Assembly (NCBI GenBank): GCA_963422645.2
Contig: CAXXVO010000005.1
Span: forward strand, 372,756-436,755
From: Alphaproteobacteria bacterium
Lineage (GTDB): Bacteria > Pseudomonadota > Alphaproteobacteria > UBA828
Reading direction: 5' to 3'
DNA length: 64,000 bases
A program made the position numbers and the translations under genes. Below the pieces are notes generated by a model. The model had not been told where the DNA came from. It saw nothing but the letters and a program-made list of their open reading frames with translations, and did no database searches. Below, piece by piece: positions 42,337-56,351 of this stretch; position 1 is the stretch's first letter, and each line of letters opens with the position of its first letter.

Positions 42337-42346
42337 CGGGGGAGAC

Positions 42347-43081
42347 ATGGAATCCGACCTTGTTCGCGCCGTTGAGATCGGCGCCAGCGCGGTGGCCGAG
42401 GACTTCTCCCTCTGGGGCCTGTTTCTGCAGGCCGACGTCATCGTCAAGGCCGTGATCGTGGTGCTCCTGATTGCGTCGCTCTGGAGCTGGGCGATCATCT
42501 TCGACAAGAGCCTCCGCTATGCCCGCGCCCGCCGGCTTGCTGTCGAGTTCGAGCAGGCCTTCTGGTCCGGCGGCTCCCTCGATCAGCTCTACGACAACCT
42601 CTCCAATCAGCGCAGCCACCCCATGACCGTGCTCTTCGCATCGGCGATGGACGAGTGGCGCCGCTTCGCGAGCCGAGGATCCCATCTTTCGGCAGACCGG
42701 CTGGAAGGCCTCCAACGCCGGATTGCCTACGCCATGGATGCCGCGCTCAACCGGGAGCTCAATCAGCTCGAGCGCTATCTCGGTTTTCTCGCCACGGTGG
42801 GCTCGACGGCACCCTTCGTCGGCCTCTTCGGCACCGTCTGGGGCATCATGAACAGTTTCCAGTCGATCGCGGCGAGCAAGGACACCTCGCTCGCCGTGGT
42901 GGCACCCGGCATCGCCGAGGCGCTCTTCGCGACCGCGCTCGGTCTCGTGGCCGCCATCCCTGCGGTGGTGGCCTACAACAAGCTTAGCAGCGACCTTGAC
43001 CGCTATGCCGGCCGGCTGGAGGCCTTCGGCACCGAGTTCCGCGCCCTACTTGGCCGCCAGCTTGAGGAGCGCGCGGGCTGA
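42347..43081 (+). CDS. tolQ: TolQ
   Basis: TAPFVGLFGTVWGIM, VVAPGIAEAL. Confidence 0.95.
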   Translation: MESDLVRAVEIGASAVAEDFSLWGLFLQADVIVKAVIVVLLIASLWSWAIIFDKSLRYARARRLAVEFEQAFWSGGSLDQLYDNLSNQRSHPMTVLFASAMDEWRRFASRGSHLSADRLEGLQRRIAYAMDAALNRELNQLERYLGFLATVGSTAPFVGLFGTVWGIMNSFQSIAASKDTSLAVVAPGIAEALFATALGLVAAIPAVVAYNKLSSDLDRYAGRLEAFGTEFRALLGRQLEERAG

Positions 43082-43536
43082 TGGCGACCGAATGGGATCA
43101 GCCATTGAACGGTCGGAGCCGGGGCGGGCGGCGCCGGCGCGCGCCCATGAGCCAGATCAACGTGACGCCTTTCGTCGACGTCATGCTCGTGCTGCTGGTG
43201 ATCTTCATGATCACGGCACCGCTGCTGACGGTGGGCGTGGAGGTCGATCTTCCCAAGTCCGACGCGCCACCCTTGCCGGGAGACGACGAGCCGCTCTCGG
43301 TCACCGTTGCCCGCGACGGCACCACCTATCTTCAGGAAAGCGAGGTGACCGTCGATGAGCTGATTCCCAAGCTCGAGGCGATCACCGAGCGCCGCCCCGA
43401 TGTCCGCATATTCATTCGAGGCGACCAAGAGATCGCCTACGGCCGCGTCATGGAGGTCATGGGCGCGCTCAACAGGGCGGGCTTCAACAACCTTGCGCTG
43501 GTGACGGAACCGAGCACGGCGGGGAGCGATGAGTAA
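43081..43536 (+). CDS. tolR: TolR
   Basis: [17 protein letters not shown]...YG.VM. Confidence 0.95.
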   Translation: MATEWDQPLNGRSRGGRRRRAPMSQINVTPFVDVMLVLLVIFMITAPLLTVGVEVDLPKSDAPPLPGDDEPLSVTVARDGTTYLQESEVTVDELIPKLEAITERRPDVRIFIRGDQEIAYGRVMEVMGALNRAGFNNLALVTEPSTAGSDE

Positions 43537-44494
43537 GCGCGGCTGGCTTTTCTCCGGCCTCCTCCACGTCGGGGTGATCGTCGCCGCGGTGCTTGGCCTG
43601 CCGAAAGTTTTCGAGAGCGATGCGCTGGTGCCCAGCGACCAGCCGATCGTGGTCAGCCTGGTCGAGATCGCCGCCGAGGCGAGTGCGCCCGCCGAAGAGA
43701 TCGAGCCCGAGCCCGCACCGGAGCCGGAGCCTATCCCCGAAGCCGCGCCGGAACCGGAACCGGAGCCTGAGGTCGTGGCAGAGCCGGAGCCGGCGCCGGA
43801 ACCCGAGCCTGTGCCGGAACCGGAGCCGGAAGTTCTTGCCGCGTTGGATCCTGAGCCCGTCATCGAGCCCGAGCCGATCATCGAGCCGGAACCGGAGCCC
43901 GCTCCTCCGCCCGAGCCAGTCGTAGAGCCGGAGCCGGAGCCGAAGGCGCCCGAGGCGAAACCGGAGCCTCCGCCCGCGCCCGATCCACCGCCGGTTCCCA
44001 TTGCCAAGCCACCGATGAAGAAGAAGCCGAGCTTTGACACTCTGCTGCAAAGTCTTACGGACGAGGAGCCCGAGGCGGCATTGCCGCCGGCGAAAAAGGA
44101 AGAAGAGCCGTCCTTCGACGACATGCTTGCGAGCATCGCAGGCGTAGACGATAAGTCACCCGCAGCAGCCAAGGCGCCTGCCCCCCTCACTGGGCCCTTG
44201 CGGCGGACGATCACCGATGCCATCAAACGGAAGGTCGAGCGGAACTGGAGCGTTCCGGCCGGAGTCCTGGACGCCAGCGAGTTGGTGGTGACGCTGAGGA
44301 TCCAGCTGGGGCCGGACGGGGCCGTTCGACGGGTGGAAATCGTGGACGCCGACGGAGGCCCCAACTACCGGACGATGGCGGAGAGCGGTCGCCGTGCCGT
44401 GCTGAAGGCCAGCCCCTTCGACGCCTTGACGCGCCACGTGGACAAGTATGAAGGTTGGCGCGACATCACCATGACCTTCAGTCCGCCGGTGTGA
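43529..44494 (+). CDS. tolA: TolA-like protein
   Basis: N-terminal TM with S..LH motif, Glu-Pro linker, TonB/TolA-type C-domain; between tolR and tolB. Confidence 0.8.
   Translation: MSKRGWLFSGLLHVGVIVAAVLGLPKVFESDALVPSDQPIVVSLVEIAAEASAPAEEIEPEPAPEPEPIPEAAPEPEPEPEVVAEPEPAPEPEPVPEPEPEVLAALDPEPVIEPEPIIEPEPEPAPPPEPVVEPEPEPKAPEAKPEPPPAPDPPPVPIAKPPMKKKPSFDTLLQSLTDEEPEAALPPAKKEEEPSFDDMLASIAGVDDKSPAAAKAPAPLTGPLRRTITDAIKRKVERNWSVPAGVLDASELVVTLRIQLGPDGAVRRVEIVDADGGPNYRTMAESGRRAVLKASPFDALTRHVDKYEGWRDITMTFSPPV
43700..43990 (+). repeat. Coding Glu-Pro low-complexity repeat (GAGCCG/GAACCG units)
   Basis: (EP)n blocks within tolA. Confidence 0.8.
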
Positions 44495-44585
44495 GGCGTT
44501 CGTTGCGTTTGAACATTATCGAAACAGATGAAGCGACGGAGCGACGATGAGACGATTGCTGACACTGAGTGGACACACGGGACGC

Positions 44586-45911
44586 ATGATGCGCCGCGCC
44601 CTGCCCCTCCCCGCCGCCGTCGTCCTCTGTCTGGCGATTCTATGTATCGCCGCAGACGCCAGGGCCGAACTCCGCGTGGACATCACCCGCGGCCATGTGG
44701 AGCCGCTCCCGATTGCGCTCGTGGATCTATCGGGTGCGAACGAGGCGGATGCCGAGATCGGCCGCAAGATCACACAAGTGATCACCGGCAATTTGGAGCG
44801 TTCCGGCCTGTTCCGCTCTATTGACCCGGCCGCCTTCATCAGCGAGCCGGGCGGTATGGCGGCGCGGCCGCGCTTCCAGGACTGGCGCATCATCAACGCA
44901 CAGGCGCTGGTGACGGGCCGCGTGGTGCCGGGCGATCCCGGCCGGCTGATGATCGAATTCCGTCTCTGGGACGTGTTCGCGGAGCAGCAACTGGTGGGTT
45001 TGAAGCTGAGCGGCTCGGCGGAAGCGTGGCGATCGATCGCCCACACCATGTCCGACAAGATCTACGAGCGACTGACCGGCGAGAGCGGCTATTTCCACAC
45101 CAGGGTCGTCTACATCGCCGAGACCGGGCCGCCGGACAAGCGGATCAAGCGCCTCGCGATCATGGATCAGGACGGCCACAATCTGCGCTACCTGTCGGAC
45201 GGCCGCCATCTGGTGCTGACTCCCCGCTTTTCGCCGACTGCACAGGAGATCACCTATCTCTCCTACGAGCGTGGCGTGCCCAAGGTCTACCTGCGCCACA
45301 TCGACACCGGCCAGCAGGAGGTGCTCGGCGATTTTCCGGGCATGACCTTCGCCCCGCGCTTTTCGCCCGACGGCAATTATGTCGTCATGACGTTGGCGCG
45401 GGACGGCAATTCCGAGATCTACGAGATGGACCTGCGCTCGCGCGGGACCACGCGGCTCACCAACAACCCAGCCATCGAAACCGCACCCTGCTACTCGCCG
45501 GACGGCCAGTTTATCGCCTTCGAGTCCGATCGGGGCGGCAGCCAGCAGATCTACGTGATGCGCCGCGACGGAAGCGACGTGCGCCGCCTCACCTTCGGGG
45601 AGGGGCGCTACGGGACACCGGTGTGGTCGCCGCGCGGCGACCTGATCGCCTTCACCAATAGCCATCGCGGCCAATTCTCGATCGGCGTCATGAAGACCGA
45701 CGGGAGCGGAGAGCGAATCCTGGCGCGAGACTATCTGGTCGAAGGCCCGACTTGGGCACCGAACGGGCGCGTGCTGATGTTCTTCCGCTCGAGCTCGCGC
45801 AACCCCGACAGTGCCGAACTTGTCACCGTCGATCTGACGGGGCGCAACGAGCGCATCCTGTTCACGAGCACGGCGGCCTCCGATCCGGCCTGGTCGCCGT
45901 TGATCCAGTAA
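44586..45911 (+). CDS. tolB: TolB beta-propeller protein
   Basis: RLAIMDQDG, repeated P.FSPDG / P.WSP motifs; start may be 44547. Confidence 0.95.
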   Translation: MMRRALPLPAAVVLCLAILCIAADARAELRVDITRGHVEPLPIALVDLSGANEADAEIGRKITQVITGNLERSGLFRSIDPAAFISEPGGMAARPRFQDWRIINAQALVTGRVVPGDPGRLMIEFRLWDVFAEQQLVGLKLSGSAEAWRSIAHTMSDKIYERLTGESGYFHTRVVYIAETGPPDKRIKRLAIMDQDGHNLRYLSDGRHLVLTPRFSPTAQEITYLSYERGVPKVYLRHIDTGQQEVLGDFPGMTFAPRFSPDGNYVVMTLARDGNSEIYEMDLRSRGTTRLTNNPAIETAPCYSPDGQFIAFESDRGGSQQIYVMRRDGSDVRRLTFGEGRYGTPVWSPRGDLIAFTNSHRGQFSIGVMKTDGSGERILARDYLVEGPTWAPNGRVLMFFRSSSRNPDSAELVTVDLTGRNERILFTSTAASDPAWSPLIQ

Positions 45912-46096
45912 TGGCCCAAAGCTATAGTCATCCTGCCATCCGACGAGACTGCCGCTTCGGCAGCGGCTCAGCCCCCACGGCACGCAATCATGCGCTGCGC
46001 CGTGCTTCGGCGTTTGAGGATCGGCAGGATTCCAGCCGGGTGTGGGTGGGATAGCGACGATCCCGCCGCCACCGAATGATGAAGGAGAGCGTGTGA

Positions 46097-46648
46097 ATGC
46101 GACTGAGATTGATCTTGCCGCTTGTGTTGGCGCTCGGCTTGGCGGCATGCGAAAGCACGCCCGAGGAAACCGCCTCGAGCACCGGCGCTGGGGTCGGCCA
46201 AACACTCGATACGGGCACAGACACTTCTTCCACCGACATCATGATCGAGGAAGAGACGACCGTGGCGTCCCTTGACCCGAGCCAACCGCTTCCCGGATCG
46301 CAGGAGGAGTTGGTTCAGAACGTTGGCGACCGCGTTTTCTTCGATTTCAATAGTGCGGTTTTGGCAGCGGATGCGCGGCGCACGCTCGATCGTCAGGCGG
46401 AGTGGCTAAGGCTGTTCCCCGAGGTCTCACTGGTGATCGAGGGCCATTGCGACGAGCGCGGCACCCGAGAGTACAACCTCGCTCTCGGTGAACGCCGTGC
46501 CAACGCCGTTCGCGAGTACCTGATCGATCAGGGCATTGCGCCGTCACGGCTCAGAACGGTCTCGTACGGCAAGGAGCGACCCTACGCGCTCGGTCACAAT
46601 GACGAGGCGTGGGCCCTCAATCGACGCTCCGTCTCCGTCATCGGTTAG
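46097..46648 (+). CDS. pal: Peptidoglycan-associated lipoprotein
   Basis: Lipobox LAAC, EGHCDERGTREYNLALGERRA, SYGKERP. Confidence 0.96.
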   Translation: MRLRLILPLVLALGLAACESTPEETASSTGAGVGQTLDTGTDTSSTDIMIEEETTVASLDPSQPLPGSQEELVQNVGDRVFFDFNSAVLAADARRTLDRQAEWLRLFPEVSLVIEGHCDERGTREYNLALGERRANAVREYLIDQGIAPSRLRTVSYGKERPYALGHNDEAWALNRRSVSVIG

Positions 46649-46671
46649 GAGTCCGGGGAGCCGGAAGAGCG

Positions 46672-47706
46672 ATGCGTGGCGGAGCAGCCAGCCCGCCAGG
46701 CGGTGCTGGCCGCCTTCGGAGGTGGTGGATGACGGCGGGACCTGCAGCGGTGGTTGCTGTGCTCGCAGCAATGGCTGTACTGCTGGCGACGACACCGGCC
46801 GACGCCCAGGCGGACCTCCGGCCGCAAGTCCGCGAACTGAAGAGCCAAGTCCGGAGTTTGCGCGCCCAGCTTGCCGACTTGGAACGGACGGTCCACGCCG
46901 GCGCCACGCGGCGCGGTTCGGCGTCTGACACAGGGTCGGACGGTGGGCAGACGGCGCTGAACAGCCGGCGTCTGGCAGAGCTCGAGAGCGACATCGACGA
47001 AGCCAGGGAATGGCGCCGCCGTGTCACCGGCCGCTTCGAAGAGTTGGACAATAGGATGCGCCGACTCGAAGACCGTATTGAGCGGCTGGTGGCCGACGTC
47101 GACTTCAGGCTGTCCACCCTCGAACGGCAGCAGGGTGGAACGCCGGCGGCTTCAACGGTCGCTCCCGCCATCGACACACCCGCTGCGGTGCCCTCGGACC
47201 AATCCCAAGCGAGCATCGCGCCTGGGCAGGAAAGCGGGTACGAGCCCTCTGAAGCACCCCGCCCCCTCGGTACCGTACCAGAGGTGCAATCAGGCGACGG
47301 CGACGTGGTGTCTTTCACCGGGTCGCCGGAGGAGCAGTACAGGGCAGCTTTCTCCCTCCTTGAAGAGGCGCGCTACGAGGAGGCGCACGACGCGCTTTCA
47401 CTCTTTATCGATGCGAACCGCACGCACGGTCTCGCACAAAATGCTGCTTATTGGCGCGCCGAGAGCCTGTACGCCCGAAAACTTTATCCGGAGGCGGCAA
47501 AGTCCTACGCGCTCAACCTCCGCCAGTACCCGGAGGGCCGCAAGGCACCCGATAACATGGTCAAGCTGGGCATGGCGCTCCTCAAACTCGGCCGCAGCGA
47601 AGAGGCGTGCCGGGCCTTCGCGCAGCTCGACCAGACTTTTTCCGATCCGCCGCTCAATATTCGCCGAGCGGCACAGCAGGGACGGCGCCAGGCGAACTGT
47701 CCCTGA
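46672..47706 (+). CDS. cpoB: Tol-pal protein CpoB/YbgF
   Basis: Coiled coil plus TPR (AAYW.AES, KAPD.MVKLG); follows pal; start uncertain. Confidence 0.85.
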   Translation: MRGGAASPPGGAGRLRRWWMTAGPAAVVAVLAAMAVLLATTPADAQADLRPQVRELKSQVRSLRAQLADLERTVHAGATRRGSASDTGSDGGQTALNSRRLAELESDIDEAREWRRRVTGRFEELDNRMRRLEDRIERLVADVDFRLSTLERQQGGTPAASTVAPAIDTPAAVPSDQSQASIAPGQESGYEPSEAPRPLGTVPEVQSGDGDVVSFTGSPEEQYRAAFSLLEEARYEEAHDALSLFIDANRTHGLAQNAAYWRAESLYARKLYPEAAKSYALNLRQYPEGRKAPDNMVKLGMALLKLGRSEEACRAFAQLDQTFSDPPLNIRRAAQQGRRQANCP

Positions 47707-47717
47707 TCGCCGCCGGG

Positions 47718-49160
47718 ATGCTCCCGCCTGTGGCCGCGCCACGCATCGTCACACCCGAAAGCCCAGATCCCAGCCCCGCAGCCATCGATGCGGCGGCTTT
47801 CGACGCGCTCATGGCTCCGCTCGGCCCCTTCGAGCCGGCGCCCAGGATCGCGGTCGCGGTCTCCGGTGGACCGGACAGCCTCGCACTATGCTTGCTGGCC
47901 GATCGCTGGGCGCGCGCCCGGGGAGGAGCGGCTTTCGGACTGACCGTCGACCATGGGCTGCGCCCCGAATCGGGAACCGAAGCCGCCCAGGTGCGCCGCT
48001 GGCTCGTCGGCCGCGCCATTACCCACCGAACGCTCCGGTGGAAGGGCGCACACCCTCTCTCAGCGATTCAGGAGCAGGCTCGGGCCGCACGACTCGCGCT
48101 GCTTACCGGCTGGTGCCTCAGAGCCGGCGTGCTCCACCTGCTGCTCGGCCATCAACGCGAGGATCAGGCGGAGACCGCGCTGCAACGGCTCGTCCGTGGC
48201 AGCGGTATCGACGGGCTCGCAGCCATGGCACCGACTCGCCTGGCGATGGAATCGGCGGGCGGCGGAGTCCGTCTGCTTCGCCCCCTGCTTCCCGTGTCTC
48301 GCGATGCGCTGATCGCGACCTTGGCCCGTTGGGATCAGTCCTGGATTGACGACCCGACCAACCGCGATATCCGTCACGACCGCCCACGCTTGGCAGTGGC
48401 ATTGGCGCGGCTCGGGTCGGAAGGGCTGAGCGCTTCGCGGTTGGCGAGTGCCGCTGCGCGCGCCGCGAGCGACCGCGCCGCGCTGGATCGACTCTGCACC
48501 GACCTGCTTGCCGCCTGTGCGCACCCCTCACCGGCGGGCTTCGTGATCCTGGATCGCGATGTCTTGCGGCGAGCGCCGCCGGCGTTGGCGCTGCGAGCAT
48601 TGGCCAGAGTCGTCTCTACGGTCTCCGGCGCTCCCTACTCGCCGCGGCAGGAGCGGCTGGAGCGACTCGCCTCCCGGGTGCTCGGCGACAACGTGAAGGC
48701 AGCGACGCTTGGCGGATGCCGCGTGGTGCCGCAGCGAGATGGTCGAATCGTCGTATGCAGGGAGGCGGTTGCGGCCTCAGCGGTTCAGCCGATCAAGCCG
48801 GGTGAAAGCGCGCTCTGGGACGGGCGATTCGTCGTCTCCTTGGGACGCTCTGCCGGCGCAGGGCCCTTTCTCGTCCGTCGACTCGGGACCGACGGCTTGG
48901 CTCAGGCTCGCGCGATGGCGCGCAAAGCAGGTATGCCGCTCACGACCGATTGCATACCGGCACCGGCGCGGCCCGCGCTGCCCGCGCTATTCGACCTTGA
49001 CGGCCCGCTCGCCGCTCCCCACTTGGGATTCAGGCGGACCTCACACCAAGACGAAGCCGGGACTGCAGAGTTTTCAGCGTCGTTCCGGCCGGCACGCCCT
49101 TTGGCGCCGGGGCTTCCGGCAACGCTCCGCGTGTTGCCGCTACAGGATGAAGACAGTTGA
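47718..49160 (+). CDS. tilS: tRNA(Ile)-lysidine synthetase
   Basis: AVSGGPDSLAL, VDHGLR, H..EDQAET, RPLL, DPTN. Confidence 0.93.
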   Translation: MLPPVAAPRIVTPESPDPSPAAIDAAAFDALMAPLGPFEPAPRIAVAVSGGPDSLALCLLADRWARARGGAAFGLTVDHGLRPESGTEAAQVRRWLVGRAITHRTLRWKGAHPLSAIQEQARAARLALLTGWCLRAGVLHLLLGHQREDQAETALQRLVRGSGIDGLAAMAPTRLAMESAGGGVRLLRPLLPVSRDALIATLARWDQSWIDDPTNRDIRHDRPRLAVALARLGSEGLSASRLASAAARAASDRAALDRLCTDLLAACAHPSPAGFVILDRDVLRRAPPALALRALARVVSTVSGAPYSPRQERLERLASRVLGDNVKAATLGGCRVVPQRDGRIVVCREAVAASAVQPIKPGESALWDGRFVVSLGRSAGAGPFLVRRLGTDGLAQARAMARKAGMPLTTDCIPAPARPALPALFDLDGPLAAPHLGFRRTSHQDEAGTAEFSASFRPARPLAPGLPATLRVLPLQDEDS

Positions 49161-49313
49161 CGAAACCGCTGAAGAGACTATTGATCGCCCGCGCAGTGAA
49201 TGTCGTGTACACTGCAGCGGCTGCGCGTGCGGAATGCACGCGGGGCCGGAACGCTGCTTCGCTGCTGGCGGCGTGGGCCGGAGACGAACGCGACGACAAT
49301 CGGGGGCCGAACG

Positions 49314-51242
<1,929 letters not shown>

Positions 51243-51258
51243 CGACACCCAAGCCGTC

Positions 51259-52383
51259 ATGACGGCGGCACCTCTCATCCGGCCGACAGCCGAAGACTCT
51301 CAGGACGTCGACGGCGACCTGCCGGAGCCCCTGACTGGCGGCGTCTATCTGAGACCCTGCAACCCGATCCCGGGCGGTGCGCTCTCCTTCGATCTGGTGG
51401 ATGTGCTCTTTCGAGGCCGACCTGAGCGCCGGCGCGTGAGGCTGCAACAAGCCGTGCTCTCTCGCTGGGCCGAGAAGAACGCGCCGGGAGCGGCCGACGA
51501 AATTGCACAACTCAAAGGCCGCTTGAGCGCGTCCCGCGGCCCGGTTTGCGGGCTCACGCTCGACCGGCCGCGCCTGATGGGCGTCCTCAACGTGACGCCC
51601 GACAGCTTCTCCGACGGTGGCGCCTATGCGGCCGAGGGCGACGCGATCGCCCACGGCCGTGCCATGGCCGCAGCCGGCGCCGACATCATCGACGTCGGCG
51701 GCGAATCGACTCGGCCCGGCTCACAAGCGCCGAGCGAGTTGGAAGAGATGCGCCGGGTGATCCCGGTGATTCACGCCCTCGCCGACGACGGCCTTCTGGT
51801 CTCCGTCGATACCCGCCGCGCTACGGTGATGGAGGCCGCGCTTGCCGCGGGCGCGCGGATCGTGAACGACATGAGCGCCCTGCGCCACGATCCGGAGGCT
51901 CGCACAGTCGTCGCCCGGTTCGGCGCATCGGTCGTGCTCAGCCACATGCAGGGTACGCCCGAGACGATGCAGCGCGAGCCCCGCTACGAGGACGCGAGCC
52001 TCGACGTGTTCGACGCACTGGCGGCACACGTAAGCGCGGCCGAGGACGCGGGCATTTCGCGCGACAAGATCATCGTCGACCCCGGCATCGGCTTCGGCAA
52101 GACGGCCCGCCACAATCTCGAAATCCTGCGCGACATCGCGCTCTTCCATGGCCTTGGCTGTCCGCTGCTCGTGGGTGCATCGCGCAAGAGCTTCATCGGC
52201 AGGCTCAGCGCCGGCGAAGCGCCCAAGGAACGGCTGCCCGGCTCCCTCGCAGCAGGGCTGCATGCGCTCGGCGAAGGCGCACACATCCTGCGGGTGCATG
52301 ACGTCGCCGAGACCCGCCAGGCGCTCGCGATGTGGCGCGGCATTCGCGACCCCGAGGCAGCCGCGCCGGAGCCGCCCCGGTGA
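51259..52383 (+). CDS. folP: Dihydropteroate synthase
   Basis: [39 protein letters not shown]. Confidence 0.95.
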   Translation: MTAAPLIRPTAEDSQDVDGDLPEPLTGGVYLRPCNPIPGGALSFDLVDVLFRGRPERRRVRLQQAVLSRWAEKNAPGAADEIAQLKGRLSASRGPVCGLTLDRPRLMGVLNVTPDSFSDGGAYAAEGDAIAHGRAMAAAGADIIDVGGESTRPGSQAPSELEEMRRVIPVIHALADDGLLVSVDTRRATVMEAALAAGARIVNDMSALRHDPEARTVVARFGASVVLSHMQGTPETMQREPRYEDASLDVFDALAAHVSAAEDAGISRDKIIVDPGIGFGKTARHNLEILRDIALFHGLGCPLLVGASRKSFIGRLSAGEAPKERLPGSLAAGLHALGEGAHILRVHDVAETRQALAMWRGIRDPEAAAPEPPR

Positions 52384-53795
52384 GCCGCGCCGGCGGGAAG
52401 AGCGCTGGCGAAGCGCCGCGTTCCCTGTTTGGAACGGACGGCATTCGCGGCATCGCGAACCAGGAGCCGATGACCGCCGAGACCGCGATGAAGGTCGGTG
52501 CCGCTGCCGGCAGCCTCTTCGTGCGCGGCGACCACCGGCACCGCGTCGTTATCGGCAAGGACACGCGGCTCTCCGGCTACCTGTTCGAACCGGCGCTGAC
52601 GGCCGGCTTCATCTCGGTCGGCATGGACGTGATCCTGGTTGGCCCCTTGCCGACGCCCGCCGTGGCGATGCTGACCCGCGCGCTCCGGGCCGATCTCGGC
52701 GTGATGATCTCCGCCTCCCACAACCTCTTTGCCGACAACGGCATCAAGCTCTTCGGGCCGGACGGCTACAAGCTTTCCGACGACATGGAAGCGCGCATCG
52801 AGGCAGCTGTCGATACCGGCGCACACGGGCTGGCGGCGCCGAATGCGCTCGGGCGGGCGCGCCGTCTCGACGACGCCGAGGGCCGCTACATCGAGTTCGT
52901 CAAGAACAGCTTTCCACAGCCGCTCGGGCTCGAAGGCAGGCGTATCGTGATCGACTGCGCCCACGGGGCCGCCTACAAGGTGGCCCCGACCGTTCTGTGG
53001 GAGCTGGGTGCCGAGGTCATCACCATCGGTGCCGAGCCCGATGGCTTCAACATCAACCAGGGCTGCGGCTCGACCGACACGGCCGCGCTTGCCCGCACCG
53101 TGGTCGAGCGCGGCGCGGATATCGGGATCGCGCTGGACGGGGACGCCGATCGGGTCGTGATCTGTGACGAGACCGGTGCGGCCATCGACGGCGATCACAT
53201 TCTGGCACTAATTGCGTCGAGCTGGGCGGACGCGGGGCGGCTTCGCGGCGGCGGTGTGGTCGCGACCGTCATGTCCAATCTGGGGCTGGAGCGCTACCTT
53301 GAGGGGATCGGCCTCACCCTGAAACGCACCCGCGTCGGCGATCGCCACGTCGTCGAGCACATGCGCGAGCAAGGGTTCAACCTGGGCGGCGAGCAGTCGG
53401 GCCATATCGTCATGAGCGACTATGCGACGACCGGCGATGGCCTGCTGGCAGCGCTTCAGACCATGGCGGCACTCGCGGCGACGGAGCGCCGGGCGAGCGA
53501 CGTGACTGGCCTCTTCGAGCCCGTCCCCCAGATGCTCCGCAGTGTCCGGGTCGCGGACACCCGCGCACTTGAGGGCGCGGGCGCCAAGGCGGCGATTGCA
53601 GCGGGCCGCGCGCGACTCGGCAAGCGCGGCCGCCTGGTGATTCGTGCGTCCGGTACCGAGCCCGTCATTCGCGTAATGGCCGAAGGCGACGATGAAGCGC
53701 TGGTCACGGCGGTGGTCGAGGACGTTGCCCAAGCGGTGATCGCGACGGCCGAGGCAAACGACGCGGAGGAGCGCACTGGCGCAGCCGCACAATGA
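52380..53795 (+). CDS. glmM: Phosphoglucosamine mutase
   Basis: [34 protein letters not shown]. Confidence 0.96.
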   Translation: MSRAGGKSAGEAPRSLFGTDGIRGIANQEPMTAETAMKVGAAAGSLFVRGDHRHRVVIGKDTRLSGYLFEPALTAGFISVGMDVILVGPLPTPAVAMLTRALRADLGVMISASHNLFADNGIKLFGPDGYKLSDDMEARIEAAVDTGAHGLAAPNALGRARRLDDAEGRYIEFVKNSFPQPLGLEGRRIVIDCAHGAAYKVAPTVLWELGAEVITIGAEPDGFNINQGCGSTDTAALARTVVERGADIGIALDGDADRVVICDETGAAIDGDHILALIASSWADAGRLRGGGVVATVMSNLGLERYLEGIGLTLKRTRVGDRHVVEHMREQGFNLGGEQSGHIVMSDYATTGDGLLAALQTMAALAATERRASDVTGLFEPVPQMLRSVRVADTRALEGAGAKAAIAAGRARLGKRGRLVIRASGTEPVIRVMAEGDDEALVTAVVEDVAQAVIATAEANDAEERTGAAAQ

Positions 53796-54592
53796 AGGGC
53801 CGGGTGCTCATTGTCGCTGGCTCCGATTCGGGCGGCGGTGCCGGCATCCAGGCCGACATCAAGACCGTGACCGCACTGGGCGGCTACGCGGCGACAGCGA
53901 TCACCGCGCTCACCGCCCAGGACACGAACACTGTTCACAGCGTTCATGCAGTGCCGGCGGATTTCGTTGCCGAGCAAATGCGCGTCGTGCTTGCCGACAT
54001 CGGCGCCGACTGCATCAAGACCGGGATGATCCACAGTGCGCCGATCATCGAGGCGGTCGCCGATGCTGCGGCCCGGTACGGCGAGGGCATTCCCCTGGTG
54101 GTCGATCCCGTGCTCGTGGCCAAGGGCGGGGCTTCGCTGCTGGAGGACTCGGCCATGCGTGCGCTCGAGACCACGCTCATCGGCCAGGCCGACCTCGTGA
54201 CGCCCAATATTCCGGAGGCGGAGCGGCTGACCGGGCTCACCATTGCCACGGTGGACGACATGGCCCGGGCGGCCGAACGCATTCACGAACTCGGACCAAA
54301 GGCGGTCTTGGTGAAGGGCGGCCACCTTGAGTCGGACAAGATCACGGACTTGCTGAGTCACACCAGCGGGATCGAACGCTTCCATGCACAAAGGATCGTG
54401 AGCCGCCACACTCACGGCACCGGCTGCACTCTGGCCTCGGCCATCGCCACGGGAATAGCGCAGGGCATGGGTCTCGTCGATGCCGTAGCCCGCGCCAGAC
54501 GCTATCTCAGGGCTGCGATCGAGGCGGCGCCGGGCCTGGGCGCCGGCCACGGGCCGGTCAATCACGGGGTGACGGTGACGCCCACGACATAG
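53792..54592 (+). CDS. thiD: Hydroxymethylpyrimidine/phosphomethylpyrimidine kinase
   Basis: [34 protein letters not shown]. Confidence 0.95.
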   Translation: MKGRVLIVAGSDSGGGAGIQADIKTVTALGGYAATAITALTAQDTNTVHSVHAVPADFVAEQMRVVLADIGADCIKTGMIHSAPIIEAVADAAARYGEGIPLVVDPVLVAKGGASLLEDSAMRALETTLIGQADLVTPNIPEAERLTGLTIATVDDMARAAERIHELGPKAVLVKGGHLESDKITDLLSHTSGIERFHAQRIVSRHTHGTGCTLASAIATGIAQGMGLVDAVARARRYLRAAIEAAPGLGAGHGPVNHGVTVTPTT

Positions 54593-54611
54593 ACGCCGCG
54601 AGCGGTAACGA

Positions 54612-54869
54612 TCATGCGGCGCCGTGCTTTCCAATCCACTCGCGAAGCGCCTCATCAATTCGCGTCTGCCATCCTCGGCCACCGGCCTTGAAGTAATCGA
54701 TCACGTCCGGCGAGAGGCGGATCGTGGTTGACACCTTCGGCTTGGCGACCGGCGGCCGGCCCCGGCGAACTTTCGCCTTGGCAAGTTTCTCAGGCCAACC
54801 GTCCCTGGTCAGATCCGGCGCGTCATCGGGATTAGAATCGCGGGCCGTAGAGTGCTCGTTCTCGTTCAT
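54612..54869 (-). CDS. brnA: BrnA antitoxin
   Basis: DDAPDL, RGRP, TIRLSPDVIDYFK..G.GWQTRI. Confidence 0.9.
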   Translation of the reverse strand: MNENEHSTARDSNPDDAPDLTRDGWPEKLAKAKVRRGRPPVAKPKVSTTIRLSPDVIDYFKAGGRGWQTRIDEALREWIGKHGAA

Positions 54870-55101
54870 TGGCTTTCCTCATGCTGATGATCCGATACGC
54901 GCCACCGCGCGGCGTCCAGACCAGTACCACCATCGCGCCGTCGAGGAACCCGATGGTGATGAAGCGATCTTCACCGTAGTCTCGCCGGTCGTCCTCTACG
55001 GTCAGCGTGGCACCCGCAAACACCTCCCCGGCCCGTGCCATGTCCAGTCCCCTGCTCTGCAGGGTGGCGGTGCGTTTCGCCGGGTCAAACTCCATGGACA
55101 T
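54832..55101 (-). CDS. brnT: BrnT ribonuclease toxin
   Basis: EFDPAK, DYGEDR, RIISMRKANERE. Confidence 0.9.
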   Translation of the reverse strand: MSMEFDPAKRTATLQSRGLDMARAGEVFAGATLTVEDDRRDYGEDRFITIGFLDGAMVVLVWTPRGGAYRIISMRKANERERALYGPRF

Positions 55102-55291
55102 GATTCATGTTACTACGTTAATTCGAATTCTCTCCCGTCGCCACTGAAGAGTTTCGCTACACAAAGGGCGGTCGCCGGGAGCAGTTGAACGTTGCGCACG
55201 AATAACCAATTCGGCCATCGCGTGGCCGGCGCAACTATCGGGTGGCCGGGCGCTTTCGCGTTTCCTAGATTGGCGGCTCAGGAGGGCCGCC

Positions 55292-56212
55292 ATGACAGCC
55301 TCACCCACCACATCCTCGGACATCGCGCAGAACGCGTGCGACTACGCCCGCATCGAAGCCGCGATCCTCTACCTCGAGGAGCACTTCCGCGATCAACCGA
55401 GCCTCGATGACGTGGCGCGGGAGGCCGGCCTCAGCCCCCATCATTTCCAGCGCTTGTTCCGGCGCTGGGCGGGCATCTCGCCCAAGCGCTTCAGCCAGTT
55501 CCTGACGCTGGACTATGCCAAGGCGCAGCTCGAAGCCTCCGCTTCGATCCTCGATGCCGCCTATGACGCCGGCCTCTCCGGCCCCTCCCGGCTGCACGAC
55601 CTCTTCGTCACCTACGAGGCGATGAGCCCCGGCGCCTTCAAGCAGGGCGGCGACGGCGTGGATATCTCATACGGCGTGCACCCGAGCCCCTTCGGCTCTT
55701 GCTTCGTCGGGCAGACCGAACGCGGCATCTGCGCCCTCGGCTTCGCTGACGACCAAAGGAGCGACACCCAAACCGTCCGCGCGGAGTTCGAGCATCGCTG
55801 GCCCGCCGCGCGATTTCGGGAAGATCAGGCCGCAACCGAACCCATCGTCGCGCGCATTTTCGATGGCCGGCAGGCGAAGGCCGTTGAACCGCTTCGGCTC
55901 GCGCTTTGTGGCACCAACTTCCAACTCAAGGTGTGGGAGGCGCTGCTGCGCATCCCGCCCGGACGCATCACGTCGTACCACGCGCTTGCCCAGGCGTTGG
56001 GGCTGCCCCGCTCGGCCCGCGCGGTGGGCGGCGCCGTCGCCGCCAACCCGGTCTCGTATCTGATCCCCTGCCACCGGGTGATCCGGCGCTCGGGCCGCAT
56101 CTCGAATTTCGAATGGGGGCAGTCTCGCAAGCGCGTCATGCTGGGTTGGGAGGCGGCACGCTTCGGATCGGAAGATCCGGATGCCGGGCAGGATCAGGCG
56201 CTTCCCGCCTGA
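55292..56212 (+). CDS. AraC-HTH / methylated-DNA-protein-cysteine methyltransferase fusion (Ada-like, no N-terminal Zn domain)
   Basis: HFQRLFRRWAGISPK HTH, GTNFQLKVW, IPCHRV active site. Confidence 0.9.
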   Translation: MTASPTTSSDIAQNACDYARIEAAILYLEEHFRDQPSLDDVAREAGLSPHHFQRLFRRWAGISPKRFSQFLTLDYAKAQLEASASILDAAYDAGLSGPSRLHDLFVTYEAMSPGAFKQGGDGVDISYGVHPSPFGSCFVGQTERGICALGFADDQRSDTQTVRAEFEHRWPAARFREDQAATEPIVARIFDGRQAKAVEPLRLALCGTNFQLKVWEALLRIPPGRITSYHALAQALGLPRSARAVGGAVAANPVSYLIPCHRVIRRSGRISNFEWGQSRKRVMLGWEAARFGSEDPDAGQDQALPA

Positions 56213-56348
56213 GCCTCGCGGATGAGGGCGCGGAGCTTGCTGGGCGGCAGCGGCAGGCTGTCGATGGTGACGCCCAAGGGCTTGAGCGCGTCTTCGATGG
56301 CGGCCGCGATCGCCGGCGGACCGCCCATGCGCCCGCCCTCGCCGCCGC
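56194..56348 (-). pseudogene. 3' remnant of a xanthine dehydrogenase/CoxL-family molybdopterin subunit gene, cut by a transposon end
   Basis: Reads GGEGGRMGGPPAIAAAIEDALKPLGVTIDSLPLPPSKL..stop; breaks exactly at TGT 56349. Confidence 0.75.
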
Positions 56349-56351
56349 TGT

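Noticed and set aside
43700-43990. Repeat array that could suggest CRISPR or a VNTR
   Set aside because: It is the coding Glu-Pro linker of TolA, with no repeat-spacer structure; no CRISPR array or cas gene was seen in the window
51259-51570. N-terminal extension on FolP as a novel fusion
   Set aside because: Similar extensions are common in alphaproteobacterial FolP and no separate motif is evident
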